DNA of 64,000 bases from an uncultured Planctomycetales bacterium. Its GTDB lineage: Bacteria > Omnitrophota > Gorgyraeia > Zapsychrales > GWA2-47-8. Below, piece by piece: positions 40,277 through 50,432 of this stretch. Position 1 is the first letter of the stretch. Each line of letters begins with the position of its first letter. The position numbers were made by a program, and so were the translations under genes. Under the pieces are notes generated by a model. It was not told the origin of the DNA, ran no database searches, and saw only the letters and a program-made list of their open reading frames with translations. Where the stretch lies: positions 4,011 to 68,010 of the forward strand of contig CAZCLW010000006.1 of the NCBI GenBank assembly GCA_964499685.1, in the 5' to 3' direction.

Positions 40277-41569
40277 TTATTTTCGGCTTTCGAAAGGAAT
40301 GTAATCGCGCTTCTTTTCGCCGATGTAGACCTGCCGCGGTCGACCAATCTTGGTCTTTTCATCTTCTTTCATCTCTTTCCAGTGGGCGATCCAGCCGGGC
40401 ATACGGCCTATGGCGAACATCACCGGGAACATATTGGTAGGAATCCCGATGGCCTTATAGATCAGGCCGCTATAAAAATCGACATTAGGGTAAAGTTTCC
40501 GTTCCACAAAATACGGATCCTTCAAAACCTTCTCCTCCAGGCGCAAGGCAATGTCCAATAGTGGGTCATGGATCCCTAATTTCGCAAAAAGTCTGTCGGC
40601 GCGCTCTTTGATGATCTTGGCCCGCGGATCATAATTTTTATACACCCGGTGCCCGAAACCCATGAGGCGGTAATTGCCGTCCGGGTCCTTGGCCTTGGCA
40701 ATGTACTTGTCGACGTTGCCGCCGTCGTTTTGCATCTCATCGAGCATTTCAACGACTTCCTGATTGGCGCCGCCATGTAGCGGGCCCCAGAGCGCACATA
40801 CACCCGCCGAAATTGACGCGAACAAATTAGCCCACGAGCTTCCCACCAAACGGACCGTCGATGTGCTGCAGTTCTGTTCATGATCGGCATGCAGGATCAA
40901 GAGGGTCTGCAGGGCGTTGACCATGTCGGGCTCAATCTTGTATTCCTTCCCCGGCTTGGAGAACATCATATTCAGGAAATTCGGGACATAGGCCAAATCG
41001 TCGCGCGGCTCCACGAACGGTAAGCCGGCTGACTTACGGTAGGAATAGGCGGATATCGTTCTTACTTTGGATAAGAGCTGCGTGCTGGTCGCGTAGATCT
41101 CTTCCGGCGTGGGTTCAGGTTTGATCAATTCCGGATGATAGCCGGAGAGCGAAACGACCATGGCCGAGAGGATCCCCATGGGATGTCCGACCATGGGATA
41201 TCCTTTGAATGAATTGACCATGTCGGGATGCAATCGGGCATGCTGCGTAAATGATTGTGAATATTTGTCCAGCTCCGTTTTGGTCGGAAGCTTTCCATTG
41301 ATCAAAAGATAGGAAGTCTCTATAAACGTGGACTTTTCGGCAAGTTGCTCGATGGGGATGCCCCGATAACGCAGGATCCCTTTATCTCCGTCAATAAAAG
41401 TGATTGAACTTAAGCAAGAACCGGTGTTGGCATAACCGGGATCAAAGGTAATGTAGGAAGTCTGGGCACGCAGCTTGGATATATCAATAGCCTTTTCGTT
41501 TTCCGTGCCCGCAAGGATGGGAAATTCGTAGGTCTTTCCTTCTATGTTTAGTTTTGCTTTTTCATCCAT
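40277..41569 (-). CDS. gltA: Citrate synthase (type II)
   Basis: 430 aa with conserved catalytic His/Asp regions (...GFGHRVYK...). Confidence 0.95.
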   Translation of the reverse strand: MDEKAKLNIEGKTYEFPILAGTENEKAIDISKLRAQTSYITFDPGYANTGSCLSSITFIDGDKGILRYRGIPIEQLAEKSTFIETSYLLINGKLPTKTELDKYSQSFTQHARLHPDMVNSFKGYPMVGHPMGILSAMVVSLSGYHPELIKPEPTPEEIYATSTQLLSKVRTISAYSYRKSAGLPFVEPRDDLAYVPNFLNMMFSKPGKEYKIEPDMVNALQTLLILHADHEQNCSTSTVRLVGSSWANLFASISAGVCALWGPLHGGANQEVVEMLDEMQNDGGNVDKYIAKAKDPDGNYRLMGFGHRVYKNYDPRAKIIKERADRLFAKLGIHDPLLDIALRLEEKVLKDPYFVERKLYPNVDFYSGLIYKAIGIPTNMFPVMFAIGRMPGWIAHWKEMKEDEKTKIGRPRQVYIGEKKRDYIPFESRK

Positions 41570-41606
41570 GAAAAAATAGCCGAATGGTTGTCGTTACACC
41601 GGAGTG

Positions 41607-41635
41607 ATTATAGTATAGGCTAACGGCATTTGCAA
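41607..41635 (-). promoter_or_regulatory. Sigma70-like promoter for gltA: -35 TTGCAA, 17-nt spacer, perfect -10 TATAAT
   Basis: The minus strand reads cTTGCAAatgccgttagcctatacTATAATcac about 35 nt upstream of the gltA ATG. Confidence 0.4.
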
Positions 41636-41656
41636 GATACTTAGCTTTCGTCGGTA

Positions 41657-42043
41657 TCAGATCTTCATCTTCTGCTCGATCTTCTTGACCAAAACCTCAG
41701 GGTCGATCGGCTTTAACACGTAATCATCGCAGCCATAATTAAAAGCTTCCAGAAAACGCTTCTCGTAGGCGGTGACAATGATGATCGGAATGCCTTCTCC
41801 CAGGCGGATACCGGCCGCTTTTTCGCTCTCACGGATGCGCTTTAAGATCTCAAGGCCGTTAATGCCGGGCATCTCGATATCCAGGAGGATCAAATTATAC
41901 GGAGCGGCCTTCAGGGAGGCATTGTACGCCTGCACGGCCTCAATGCCGTTGGCCGCAAAATCGCACTCTGCCACTTCCCGGAGGATTTCCGCAAGCAGTT
42001 GCCGGTTCTCAAAATTATCATCCACGACCAGGATCCGGTACAT
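41657..42043 (-). CDS. Single-domain response regulator (CheY-like receiver)
   Basis: 128 aa with the DD...D...K receiver pattern. Confidence 0.85.
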   Translation of the reverse strand: MYRILVVDDNFENRQLLAEILREVAECDFAANGIEAVQAYNASLKAAPYNLILLDIEMPGINGLEILKRIRESEKAAGIRLGEGIPIIIVTAYEKRFLEAFNYGCDDYVLKPIDPEVLVKKIEQKMKI

Positions 42044-42044
42044 G

Positions 42045-42395
42045 TTAAATCCCTTCCTTCGTGATGTATTGTTGAAGCTCGGCGACGCTCTTTTTGAGCG
42101 TGTTTAAGTATTCCGCCAGCTTTTTAGGGTCTTCTCCGGCCTTGACCGCCTCGTGCATAACGTTCTCCGGAGCAGTGATCGACTCCAGCCGCAGATTTCC
42201 CGCCGTGCCCTTGATCTCATGCAGGATCGCACGCATCTTTGTCGAATCATTCTGGGCCAGCGCCTCTTCCAAGCTCTTCATTTTTTCCGTCAATGACAAG
42301 GTAAAACTTTTGATGAGTTTCTTTAAAATTTCCGGCCGCACTTTCAATTGCTGGCTGATCGCATCAAAATTGAGGCTTACCGGTTGCTCGGCCAT
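42045..42395 (-). CDS. Hpt-domain phosphotransfer protein
   Basis: 116 aa with the phospho-His motif ...LHEIKGTAGNL... Confidence 0.75.
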   Translation of the reverse strand: MAEQPVSLNFDAISQQLKVRPEILKKLIKSFTLSLTEKMKSLEEALAQNDSTKMRAILHEIKGTAGNLRLESITAPENVMHEAVKAGEDPKKLAEYLNTLKKSVAELQQYITKEGI

Positions 42396-42404
42396 CTTCT
42401 CTCC

Positions 42405-42755
42405 TTAGCCTCCCGCCTTTTCGCTGACGATCTTTTTCAATTGCTCAAAATAAGCCGTGAATTTTTCCAGCAACTCCAATATAACGTCGTTACTCTGCTC
42501 TTTCTTAGCCAGCTCATCCATCTCACGCGCAAGATCAGACATGTTTGTAATACGCAAATTGTCATAATCGCCTTTCAACTTGTGCGTGACGGCCTTGATG
42601 ACGGTAAAATCATTGACCGGCAAGGCGGCCTCCATCTTCTTCAAGTCCTCCGTTGTCTGGGCCACGGCCTTTTGCAGGATCCGGAAATAAATGGCCGGCG
42701 TGATGCCCAAACTGGCACTGTTTTGCTCCGCGTTGAAGTTCAGGGTTGCACTCAT
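42405..42755 (-). CDS. Hpt-domain phosphotransfer protein (second paralog)
   Basis: 116 aa with the phospho-His motif ...THKLKGDYDNL... Confidence 0.75.
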   Translation of the reverse strand: MSATLNFNAEQNSASLGITPAIYFRILQKAVAQTTEDLKKMEAALPVNDFTVIKAVTHKLKGDYDNLRITNMSDLAREMDELAKKEQSNDVILELLEKFTAYFEQLKKIVSEKAGG

Positions 42756-42759
42756 ATTT

Positions 42760-43338
42760 TTACCGACGGGGCACGATCCCCATGGAAACTTCGAGGATCA
42801 ACCGCGTCGCATTCTCCAGGGCGAATTTCACTTCACATTTTTCATATTCGCTTTTGCAAAAATCAACGCCATCAAGCGCGCTGTTACGGTAATTGCTGAA
42901 CGGCGACATTTCCAGCTCGATGTATCCGGCCTTGGAAACCTCGGACTTAAAACGTCCCGCAACGATATTGCACAGGGTCCCGCAGGAGTCCAGCATGGCC
43001 TTTTCATCATCGTCATCGAACGGTGGATATTGCAGCATGCGCATCAGTTTTGCCAGATACGTCTGCTGCACGTATAGGATCATCGCCCCCAGCGTCTTTT
43101 TTTTCTGCATGTCCTGCGTACTGGCATAAAAATTGACGCAGGAAACATAGGCCGGCTCATTGTTGAACTTGTCCATGCCGTCGGCCCGCATGCGCCCCTC
43201 ATATTCAATGATGTCCTTCTTCTCCATGGTCGGCGCCTTGGAAAACGCTATCCCGCCGCGTTCGTTAAAAAGAGCAGCGGTTCCATCCCGCAGAAGTTCG
43301 CCAAACTTGTCAAGCTCGGGATTGGTTTTAGGCGACAT
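42760..43338 (-). CDS. Hypothetical protein inside the phosphorelay cluster, with an acidic DDDDE patch (possible CheX/CheC-like accessory protein, unconfirmed)
   Basis: 192 aa with no confident domain assignment by eye. Tightly packed between an Hpt gene and a receiver gene, overlapping the latter by 11 nt. Confidence 0.45.
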   Translation of the reverse strand: MSPKTNPELDKFGELLRDGTAALFNERGGIAFSKAPTMEKKDIIEYEGRMRADGMDKFNNEPAYVSCVNFYASTQDMQKKKTLGAMILYVQQTYLAKLMRMLQYPPFDDDDEKAMLDSCGTLCNIVAGRFKSEVSKAGYIELEMSPFSNYRNSALDGVDFCKSEYEKCEVKFALENATRLILEVSMGIVPRR

Positions 43339-43720
43339 ATTTTTTGATCACAGCCACCAGGGCTTCAGGCGTATAAGGTTTAACAATATATCCGGCTAAA
43401 TTAGGATTGACGCTGCTCGCCTTCTTCTTATTTTCTTCGGTCCCCGAGGCCGTTACCATGATAATGGGCTTAGCGGCCACCTGCGGCACCTTGACGACCG
43501 CTTCCATGAATTCCATGCCCGACATCTGCGGCATCTGCCAGTCCAAAAGGATAACGCCGATCTCTTTGTAGCGCGTCCCCAGGACCTGGATCGCTTCTTC
43601 CCCGGTCCTGGCCTGCAGAAAATCATTGGTGATCCCGCTGCCGCGCAGGACCTCCATGAGGAGCTCGCGCTCGAGGTCTGAATCATCCACGATCAAAATT
43701 TTAAGAGGAGCGTCGGCCAT
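43328..43720 (-). CDS. Single-domain response regulator (CheY-like receiver)
   Basis: 130 aa, ...ILIVDDS...LLDWQMPQMSG... Confidence 0.85.
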   Translation of the reverse strand: MADAPLKILIVDDSDLERELLMEVLRGSGITNDFLQARTGEEAIQVLGTRYKEIGVILLDWQMPQMSGMEFMEAVVKVPQVAAKPIIMVTASGTEENKKKASSVNPNLAGYIVKPYTPEALVAVIKKYVA

Positions 43721-43730
43721 TTTTTTTCGA

Positions 43731-45995
43731 TCACATTTTGGTTGAACGGATCACTTTTTCCTTTAACTCGATGAAATTAAACGGTTTGGCCAGATAATCA
43801 TTCATGCCCGCGGCCAGACAGCTTTGCCTTTCTTCTTCGAGGGCCGCCGCCGTCAACGCGATAATAGGAAATTCCTTTTTGAATTCCTTACGGATGATCT
43901 GTGTCGCCTGAAGTCCGCCCATAACGGGCATCTGCAGGTCCATAAAGCATATATCGTACGAATTATTTTTCACTTTATCGATAGCTTCCTGACCGTTGCT
44001 GACATAATCCACTTCGCACCCAAGGGATTCAAAATGAACTTTCAATAACTCCTGATTGGGTAAGCTGTCCTCAACCACGAGAATCTTTATTCCGGCGCAG
44101 GATATTTTTTGCACGGCCTCAGGCGTCATCAAACGGTCATCCTGAGGCTTCAAGCCGAATGTTTGTTCCAGAATATCAACACACTCACTGTCAATAAAGG
44201 GCTTGGACAAAAAATTGTCGACACCGTATTGGGCCGTATCGATACGCACATCAGCGGAGACGGCAACGATTTTTGTTTCCCGCAGGCGATCATCCTGCCG
44301 CAGGCGGGAAACCAAGGTTGGTCCGGCTTGTTCAGGGAACATCATATCAACAAAAATAATGTCAGGTAAAGCGCTTTTCGTTTCTTTTTTATTCGAGAGG
44401 GTGTTTGCGGCCTCCTCGACCTGCTCGGCGGAACCGATAAGCTTCAAGTTCAAGCGCTTGCATAATTTGGCAAACGTCTCCCGCGACCGTGCGGATTTGT
44501 CGACGAGATACACCTTCTTGGACTGAAGGTCCTTGGGCAATGATGCAGGCTTAAAGGGGGCGTCGGGGGTTGCGGTCTCAAGCGTTATCTGGAAAATGAA
44601 CCGGCTTCCCTTGCCCATTTCCGACTCGACCCAAATGCGCCCCCCCATGGTCTCGATATAATTCTTGCATAAAGAAAGCCCCAGGCCGGAACCACCGTAA
44701 ATCCGGGTTATCGACGTATCGGCCTGAGTAAAGGATTCAAAAATCGAATTGCGCCTATTTTCCGGTATCCCGATGCCCGTATCCTGAACCACAAAGTGCA
44801 ATTTTATGGCATTGGTGCCTTTTACGGTAGAGGTCTGTGAATCCACGCCCACGGTCAACCCGATCTCGCCTTTTTCCGTGAACTTGATCGAGTTGTCGAT
44901 AAGATTGATAAATATCTGTTTCAAACGCGTAGGATCGCCCGTCAAGCAACGGGGAACGTCGTCACGAACGTCAAAAAACAGATTGACCGGTTTATTTAAA
45001 CGCGTGCGGATGATCTTGAACACTTCCTCAATGACATACACGAGGTCGAATTTGATGGACTCTAATTTAAGTTTTCCCGCCTCGACCTTGGAAAAATCCA
45101 AGATATCATTCACGATGCCCAACAACAGCTTTCCGCTTAAAGTGATCGTTTCCAAATGGTCCTTTTGTTTGGCATTGAGCGTGCCCTTCTTGACCAAATC
45201 CGCAAAGCCTAAGATGGCATTGATCAAGGTACGTATTTCGTGGGCCATGGTGGCCAGGTATTCACTTTTGGCCCGCGCGGTCGCCTGCGCCTGCTGGGTC
45301 AACTTGATGGACAACTCCCTCTCCCGGATAAGTTCTCTCTGCCGTTCCGCCAGCTTGCCTTGAGCCCGCTGGAGCTCCCGCCGTGTTTCTTCCAATTCTA
45401 CATTTAATTTTTGGTTATCGCCCGCCTGTCCGGAAGAGACCGGCTGGACAGGTTGCGATCCTTTCTGCGTCTCTTCCATGCTGATCGTGGGGATTTCACG
45501 CTGGAATTCGACGGAAGAGCCGAATGATTCAGGGGAAATTTTATCGGTGATCAGGCGAATAGACTTAATGAGCGCGCTGACATCATAATAAGCGCTTTTT
45601 AATTCGCCGTGGTTGATCAGCTGCTCGTTCAGCAATTCAATAAGCTTATGAAGGCCGTCAACGGATTGAGTAATAACACTGGCAGCCTTGTTGTCAAATT
45701 TAAGGACATTGCGCCGGACCAAATTGACCAGCGTTTCGGTTTCTTCCGTCAATGTTCGGATATCGTCCAGATTCAAAAAGTCCGCCAAGCCTTTGATGGT
45801 ATGAAACGCCTTGAAAATGGTGTCTGTTGCTTCCTGATCCGACGACATGGATTCCAGGATAAGGATGGAATTCTTTACGGTGAGCAAGTGTTTAAGGGCC
45901 TCCGCAATGAATTCGGCGATCATCTCCCGGTTCTCAGCCAGGTCGAGGACGGGAACTTTGGGAAAAAATTGCTTTCGATGCGAATCAGGACTCAT
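43731..45995 (-). CDS. Hybrid sensor histidine kinase: N-terminal Hpt, coiled coil, HisKA, HATPase_c, two receiver domains
   Basis: 754 aa. Hpt His in FHTIKGLADF, H-box MAHEIRTLINAI, G-box DTGIGIP, and a C-terminal receiver with ...DLQMPVMGG... Confidence 0.85.
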   Translation of the reverse strand: MSPDSHRKQFFPKVPVLDLAENREMIAEFIAEALKHLLTVKNSILILESMSSDQEATDTIFKAFHTIKGLADFLNLDDIRTLTEETETLVNLVRRNVLKFDNKAASVITQSVDGLHKLIELLNEQLINHGELKSAYYDVSALIKSIRLITDKISPESFGSSVEFQREIPTISMEETQKGSQPVQPVSSGQAGDNQKLNVELEETRRELQRAQGKLAERQRELIRERELSIKLTQQAQATARAKSEYLATMAHEIRTLINAILGFADLVKKGTLNAKQKDHLETITLSGKLLLGIVNDILDFSKVEAGKLKLESIKFDLVYVIEEVFKIIRTRLNKPVNLFFDVRDDVPRCLTGDPTRLKQIFINLIDNSIKFTEKGEIGLTVGVDSQTSTVKGTNAIKLHFVVQDTGIGIPENRRNSIFESFTQADTSITRIYGGSGLGLSLCKNYIETMGGRIWVESEMGKGSRFIFQITLETATPDAPFKPASLPKDLQSKKVYLVDKSARSRETFAKLCKRLNLKLIGSAEQVEEAANTLSNKKETKSALPDIIFVDMMFPEQAGPTLVSRLRQDDRLRETKIVAVSADVRIDTAQYGVDNFLSKPFIDSECVDILEQTFGLKPQDDRLMTPEAVQKISCAGIKILVVEDSLPNQELLKVHFESLGCEVDYVSNGQEAIDKVKNNSYDICFMDLQMPVMGGLQATQIIRKEFKKEFPIIALTAAALEEERQSCLAAGMNDYLAKPFNFIELKEKVIRSTKM

Positions 45996-47055
45996 GCGGC
46001 TCGGAATGCTCTTTCTTTATTTTACGTATCTCTGGGAGCTTGGATTTAAATGCCTCAAGAATGGCCGGGCTGAACTGCTTTTCTTTTTGCGAGAGGATCT
46101 CCTCCACGGCCTGATCGATACTCCACGCTTTCTTATACGGCCGGGCGGAAGTCAACGCATCAAAGACATCCGCAACCGAACAGATCTGCCCGACCACGGG
46201 GATCTGATCACCTTTTAAGCGCTGAGGGTAACCTGTTCCGTCCCAGCGTTCATGATGGGTCAAGGCAATGACCTCCCCCATCTGCATGAGCTCGGAACTG
46301 CTTCCTGCCAAAAGGCGCGCGCCGATGGTGGTGTGCGTCTTCATCACCTCAAACTCCTCAGGGGTCAATTTTGCCGGTTTTAGCAAAATACTGTCCGGAA
46401 TGCCGATCTTTCCGATGTCGTGCAATGGGCTGGCATTCAAAATAAGCTCTTTTTCCTTTTCTTCCCACCCTAAGGCATCTGCTACCGCCGCGCAATAATA
46501 GCTCATGCGGACGATATGCTGTCCCGTCGCATCGTCCCGGCATTCTGCAGCCTGGGCAAGACGCTGGATGATTTCCAGCCGGCTTTCATTGAGCTCCCGC
46601 GTTCTTTCCTGGACTTTTCCTTCTAAAAGCTTGTTTTGGTCCTTTATTTGTTCATGCAGGATCCGCGCTTCGATCATATTCCTCAGACGCATAAAGACCT
46701 CGCTGCTTTCATAGGGCTTACTCAAAAAATCAGTAATCCCGGCCTGCAAGGCGCGCTGCTTCATTTCGGAACTTTTGTCTTCCGATAAGCCCAAGATTGG
46801 CAAGTAGTTATGCTCTCTGTGTTCCCGGAGCTGCTCGGTGATCTGAAAGCCGTCCAAATAAGGCATAATAAGGTCCAAAAGGATGATATCGGGATGAAAA
46901 TCATGGAAGGCACCGACGGCGCGGCGGGCGTCTGTCACGCAATGAATGTTCTTATACCCTTCTTTTTTGAGGACTTTTTCCAGAAAAAAGGTGTGGAGCT
47001 TCTGATCATCAACGATAAGGATCTTGGCTTTATGAATTTCTTCCAGGGAAATCAT
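45985..47055 (-). CDS. Response regulator with an HD-GYP c-di-GMP phosphodiesterase output domain
   Basis: Receiver domain followed by ...HDIGKIGIP... and ...HHERWDGTGYP... Confidence 0.85.
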   Translation of the reverse strand: MISLEEIHKAKILIVDDQKLHTFFLEKVLKKEGYKNIHCVTDARRAVGAFHDFHPDIILLDLIMPYLDGFQITEQLREHREHNYLPILGLSEDKSSEMKQRALQAGITDFLSKPYESSEVFMRLRNMIEARILHEQIKDQNKLLEGKVQERTRELNESRLEIIQRLAQAAECRDDATGQHIVRMSYYCAAVADALGWEEKEKELILNASPLHDIGKIGIPDSILLKPAKLTPEEFEVMKTHTTIGARLLAGSSSELMQMGEVIALTHHERWDGTGYPQRLKGDQIPVVGQICSVADVFDALTSARPYKKAWSIDQAVEEILSQKEKQFSPAILEAFKSKLPEIRKIKKEHSEPHES

Positions 47056-47143
47056 AATATATCCAAATTAGGTAATCTTTAGTATTGTATAGCCAAATTC
47101 CGAAAATGTAAGCAAAAACTTTGAAAAATCTTAAGGAAGGCGA

Positions 47144-47902
47144 TTACTTTGTAATGGGCCATTCGTGCAACTTAGAAAGGAATTTATAATCGGTAAGATC
47201 AGATTGGACCGGGGTTATCGTAACATAATGACTGTTAAGGGCATACGTATCAATAGCAAGATTTTTCCCCATACTGGGCAATTTGCCGCTCATCCAGTAA
47301 TAAGTGCGTAAGTTGGGGTCGCGGCGCTTACTAAAAGTACCGTGAATGGGCACCATACCCTGCTGGGTGACCTTTATGCCTTTGATCTGGGAAGCCTTCA
47401 CCGCAGGGATATTCACACTAAGAAGTGTCCCCTTAGGAATTTTGTTGGCATAAACCAGCTTGGCGAGTTTGGCCCCGAATTTAGCCGCGTAAGAAAAATC
47501 AGGATTGACGAATGTGGCCAAAGAAAGGGCGATCGAGGGAATGCCGAGCATGGCCCCCTCCCTGGCTCCGGCCACGGTGCCGGAATAAATGACACTGCAG
47601 CCGTCATTGGCGCCCAGATTGATGCCGGAAACGACCAGATCGGGTTTTCGCTTGAGGATCACGGCCGTCCCGAACTTGACGCAATCCGCCGGGGTCCCGG
47701 AAATGCAGTACCCGAACGGTTTTCCTTTACGCCTGACCTTCTTATACCAAATGGGATGGGCTAAAGTAATGCCATGGCCTACGGAGCTTCTCTCGGATTC
47801 CGGGGCCACGACCGTGACTTGCCCGACTTTCTTAAGTTCCGCGTAGAGCGCATAAATCCCTTCAGCATAAATACCGTCATCGTTGGTCAAAAGAATATGC
47901 AT
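47144..47902 (-). CDS. surE: 5'/3'-nucleotidase SurE
   Basis: MHILLTNDDGIYAEGI...VVAPESERSSVGHGIT. Confidence 0.9.
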   Translation of the reverse strand: MHILLTNDDGIYAEGIYALYAELKKVGQVTVVAPESERSSVGHGITLAHPIWYKKVRRKGKPFGYCISGTPADCVKFGTAVILKRKPDLVVSGINLGANDGCSVIYSGTVAGAREGAMLGIPSIALSLATFVNPDFSYAAKFGAKLAKLVYANKIPKGTLLSVNIPAVKASQIKGIKVTQQGMVPIHGTFSKRRDPNLRTYYWMSGKLPSMGKNLAIDTYALNSHYVTITPVQSDLTDYKFLSKLHEWPITK

Positions 47903-47944
47903 AGTGTCATTATAGAGGAGTTAACGGATATGGCAAGGCGGAGG

Positions 47945-48727
47945 TTATTTTTTGGAAACGGCAACAACTAAGAGCGAACGTAAGCGGAAGCTTAAATAAT
48001 CGATCAGCATGACCACCAGAAAGGTGACGATCAATGTGGTCAAAAGATTCCGATACTGCAACATTTGAAGATAACCCAGCATGTAATAACCAATGCCGCC
48101 GGCGCCGACAAAGCCCATTATCGTCGACGAGCGGATATTGTATTCGAACATAAAGACCATCTGGCTGATGATGGTGTTCGCCGCCTCCGGCAGTATGGCA
48201 AAACGCATAAGCTGAACACGGTTGCATTTTGTACTGCGTACCGCTTCAATGACCTCCTGGTCGACCGCCTCAAAGGCCTCATAATAAAGCTTGCCCAAGT
48301 AGCCGACCGTGTACAGCGCAACCCCCCATACCCCGGCCTGCGGACCGAGCCCAAAAGCAACGACAAAAATAACACCGAACAGAATGGAGGGGATCGTCCT
48401 TATCGCCCCGATAACGCTGCGGATAGTCGCTGTTACCGCGGGCCCAAACAATGTGCTGGTCCCAAAAAACGCCAACGGCATGGCAAAAATAAATCCAAGG
48501 ATCGTCCCGGCCAGGGATATCTGAACCGTTTCCCACATAGCGGATAGCACCAGCGGTAAAATCGAAAAATTTGGCGGAAAAAGATCGGAGGCAAAGAGCA
48601 AAAGCCGTTTCAAACCCGGAAAAAGTACTTTCGGATTGAGAATATTGAACTGCAGGATAAAAATAAAGCTGACCGCAAAGATGATGGGAAAAATAAATCT
48701 TTCAAGCGTTGTCTTAAATTTGCTCAT
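47945..48727 (-). CDS. ABC transporter permease (PhnE-like)
   Basis: 260 aa with 6 TM helices, belonging to a PhnC/D/E-type operon. Confidence 0.7.
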   Translation of the reverse strand: MSKFKTTLERFIFPIIFAVSFIFILQFNILNPKVLFPGLKRLLLFASDLFPPNFSILPLVLSAMWETVQISLAGTILGFIFAMPLAFFGTSTLFGPAVTATIRSVIGAIRTIPSILFGVIFVVAFGLGPQAGVWGVALYTVGYLGKLYYEAFEAVDQEVIEAVRSTKCNRVQLMRFAILPEAANTIISQMVFMFEYNIRSSTIMGFVGAGGIGYYMLGYLQMLQYRNLLTTLIVTFLVVMLIDYLSFRLRSLLVVAVSKK

Positions 48728-49497
48728 TATTTAATGCACTCCAGCATTTCATCAACGACCATGCTGTCGACAGCATGGTCGCAGAGGATACGCCCTTCTT
48801 TCATGATAACGACCCGGTCGGCGTATTTTTTGACGATCTCAATGTCGTGGGTCGTGACCAAAAAACTGATCCCCTTTTGAGTAAGGTCACGCATCATGTC
48901 GAGTATCTCGGTTGTCGTGATCGGGTCCAATTGGGAAACAAACTCATCCGCCAAGATCAATTTGGGGTTGAGCATGAGCGCCCGGGCGATCGCCACGCGT
49001 TGGCGTTCTCCGCCGCTTAGCGTACAGACTTTCCGGTCGTGCTTATCCCAAATGCCTAAACTTTTCAAAATATCCTGGGCTTCGTTGACGGCATTCCGGG
49101 AGAATTGATGGAGCATAGAGAAAACCGTCGGCGTGTAACCCAAAGCCCCGATCAATGTATTGTCCAGGACCGACATGTTGCGGACCAATCCGAGCGATTG
49201 CGGAATATAAGCGATATTCAAGGAATTTCTCGATTGGGCACTCCCTCCCAGCCATTCGATCTTTCCTTTTTCGGAATTCAAAATATTCCCCAGCAATTTT
49301 AAAAGTGTCGTTTTACCGCTCCCGCTTCTGCCCAGGACCATGGTAACCAGCCCTTGACGGACTTCCAGGTTAACGCCCTGAAGAAGATCTTCCTGGTCCT
49401 GATAATGGAACCAGACATTGACGGCCCGCAAAATGGACGGTCGCTCATGACTATTATCGATAAAATGCCTGGAATGGTCGCAATGTTCTTTATGCAT
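48727..49497 (-). CDS. ABC transporter ATP-binding protein (PhnC-like)
   Basis: Walker A GRSGSGKTT, an ABC signature LSGGERQRV and Walker B LILADE. Confidence 0.8.
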   Translation of the reverse strand: MHKEHCDHSRHFIDNSHERPSILRAVNVWFHYQDQEDLLQGVNLEVRQGLVTMVLGRSGSGKTTLLKLLGNILNSEKGKIEWLGGSAQSRNSLNIAYIPQSLGLVRNMSVLDNTLIGALGYTPTVFSMLHQFSRNAVNEAQDILKSLGIWDKHDRKVCTLSGGERQRVAIARALMLNPKLILADEFVSQLDPITTTEILDMMRDLTQKGISFLVTTHDIEIVKKYADRVVIMKEGRILCDHAVDSMVVDEMLECIK

Positions 49498-50432
49498 TAT
49501 TTTCCCTTCTCTTGAAATTCCAAACCCGTCAATTTTAGCATGTGGTCCAAAGATTCCAAATGTTCAGCGGTTGCTGGCTCAAAGCGCACAAAAATACCGG
49601 AGACAAACTTCTTCATAAGGGATTGATGCTCCGGCGCGTTAAGTTTCATGAGCGCCTCAATGATCTTGGCCTTAAGGTTTTCATCCAAGCCCTGCTGGGC
49701 CATGACCACATGTGACGGGACCGGCCCCTGCTTTTCCAGAACCCTGGTGTTATTGAGAACCTCATTATACAAGGCTTCGGCCACATCGCCGGCAATGACC
49801 GTGGCATCAACCTGTCCGGCCTTGAGGGCTTCCCAAGCCTGTGCGTAGCCACCGGCAAAATGGACTTGGCCAAAAAACTCTTTGGGGTCGGCCTGGCCTT
49901 CTTTTAGTTGCACCAAATCAGCCTCCACCAATTTTGACAAGGGCGCGACGTACCCCGAGGTGGACAAAGGGCTTGAAAAAGCAACCCTCTTTCCTCTTAA
50001 ATCTTCCATTTTTTGATAAGGGCTCTCTGGGGAAACGACCCAATAGGAAAAATAATACGGCATCTGCTGTTTGTCCTGGTCGATGATGACATCGCGGATC
50101 TCGGCCAAAAGCACCTCAGCTTTGGCGTGCTTTACGGCCATTAGCGCCGGCCAGGAACCCATGAACGCGATCTGCGCGTGGCCGAACCGCAAAGCTTCAA
50201 TGACACCCGCATAACTCGTCGGGAAAAAGATCTCGACATCCATGCCTAAATTCCCTCTTAAAAAATCCTTTAATTCCTTTGCCTGAGCGTCGAGCTGCTC
50301 CGGCGTTGCGGTCGGCTGGACCGCGATCGTTAATTTCTGCGGTTGGGCGGCAAGCGGAGCCGCATGTAAAAAGATCAAAGCCAAAATAATGAAACCTCTT
50401 AAAAACTGCATTTTACTCTCCTTATTCCTCAA
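49497..50432 (-). CDS. Periplasmic substrate-binding protein (PhnD/SsuA/transferrin-like type 2 PBP)
   Basis: 311 aa with a signal peptide and a PhnD-like fold. The ligand cannot be read from the sequence. Confidence 0.65.
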   Translation of the reverse strand: MRNKESKMQFLRGFIILALIFLHAAPLAAQPQKLTIAVQPTATPEQLDAQAKELKDFLRGNLGMDVEIFFPTSYAGVIEALRFGHAQIAFMGSWPALMAVKHAKAEVLLAEIRDVIIDQDKQQMPYYFSYWVVSPESPYQKMEDLRGKRVAFSSPLSTSGYVAPLSKLVEADLVQLKEGQADPKEFFGQVHFAGGYAQAWEALKAGQVDATVIAGDVAEALYNEVLNNTRVLEKQGPVPSHVVMAQQGLDENLKAKIIEALMKLNAPEHQSLMKKFVSGIFVRFEPATAEHLESLDHMLKLTGLEFQEKGK

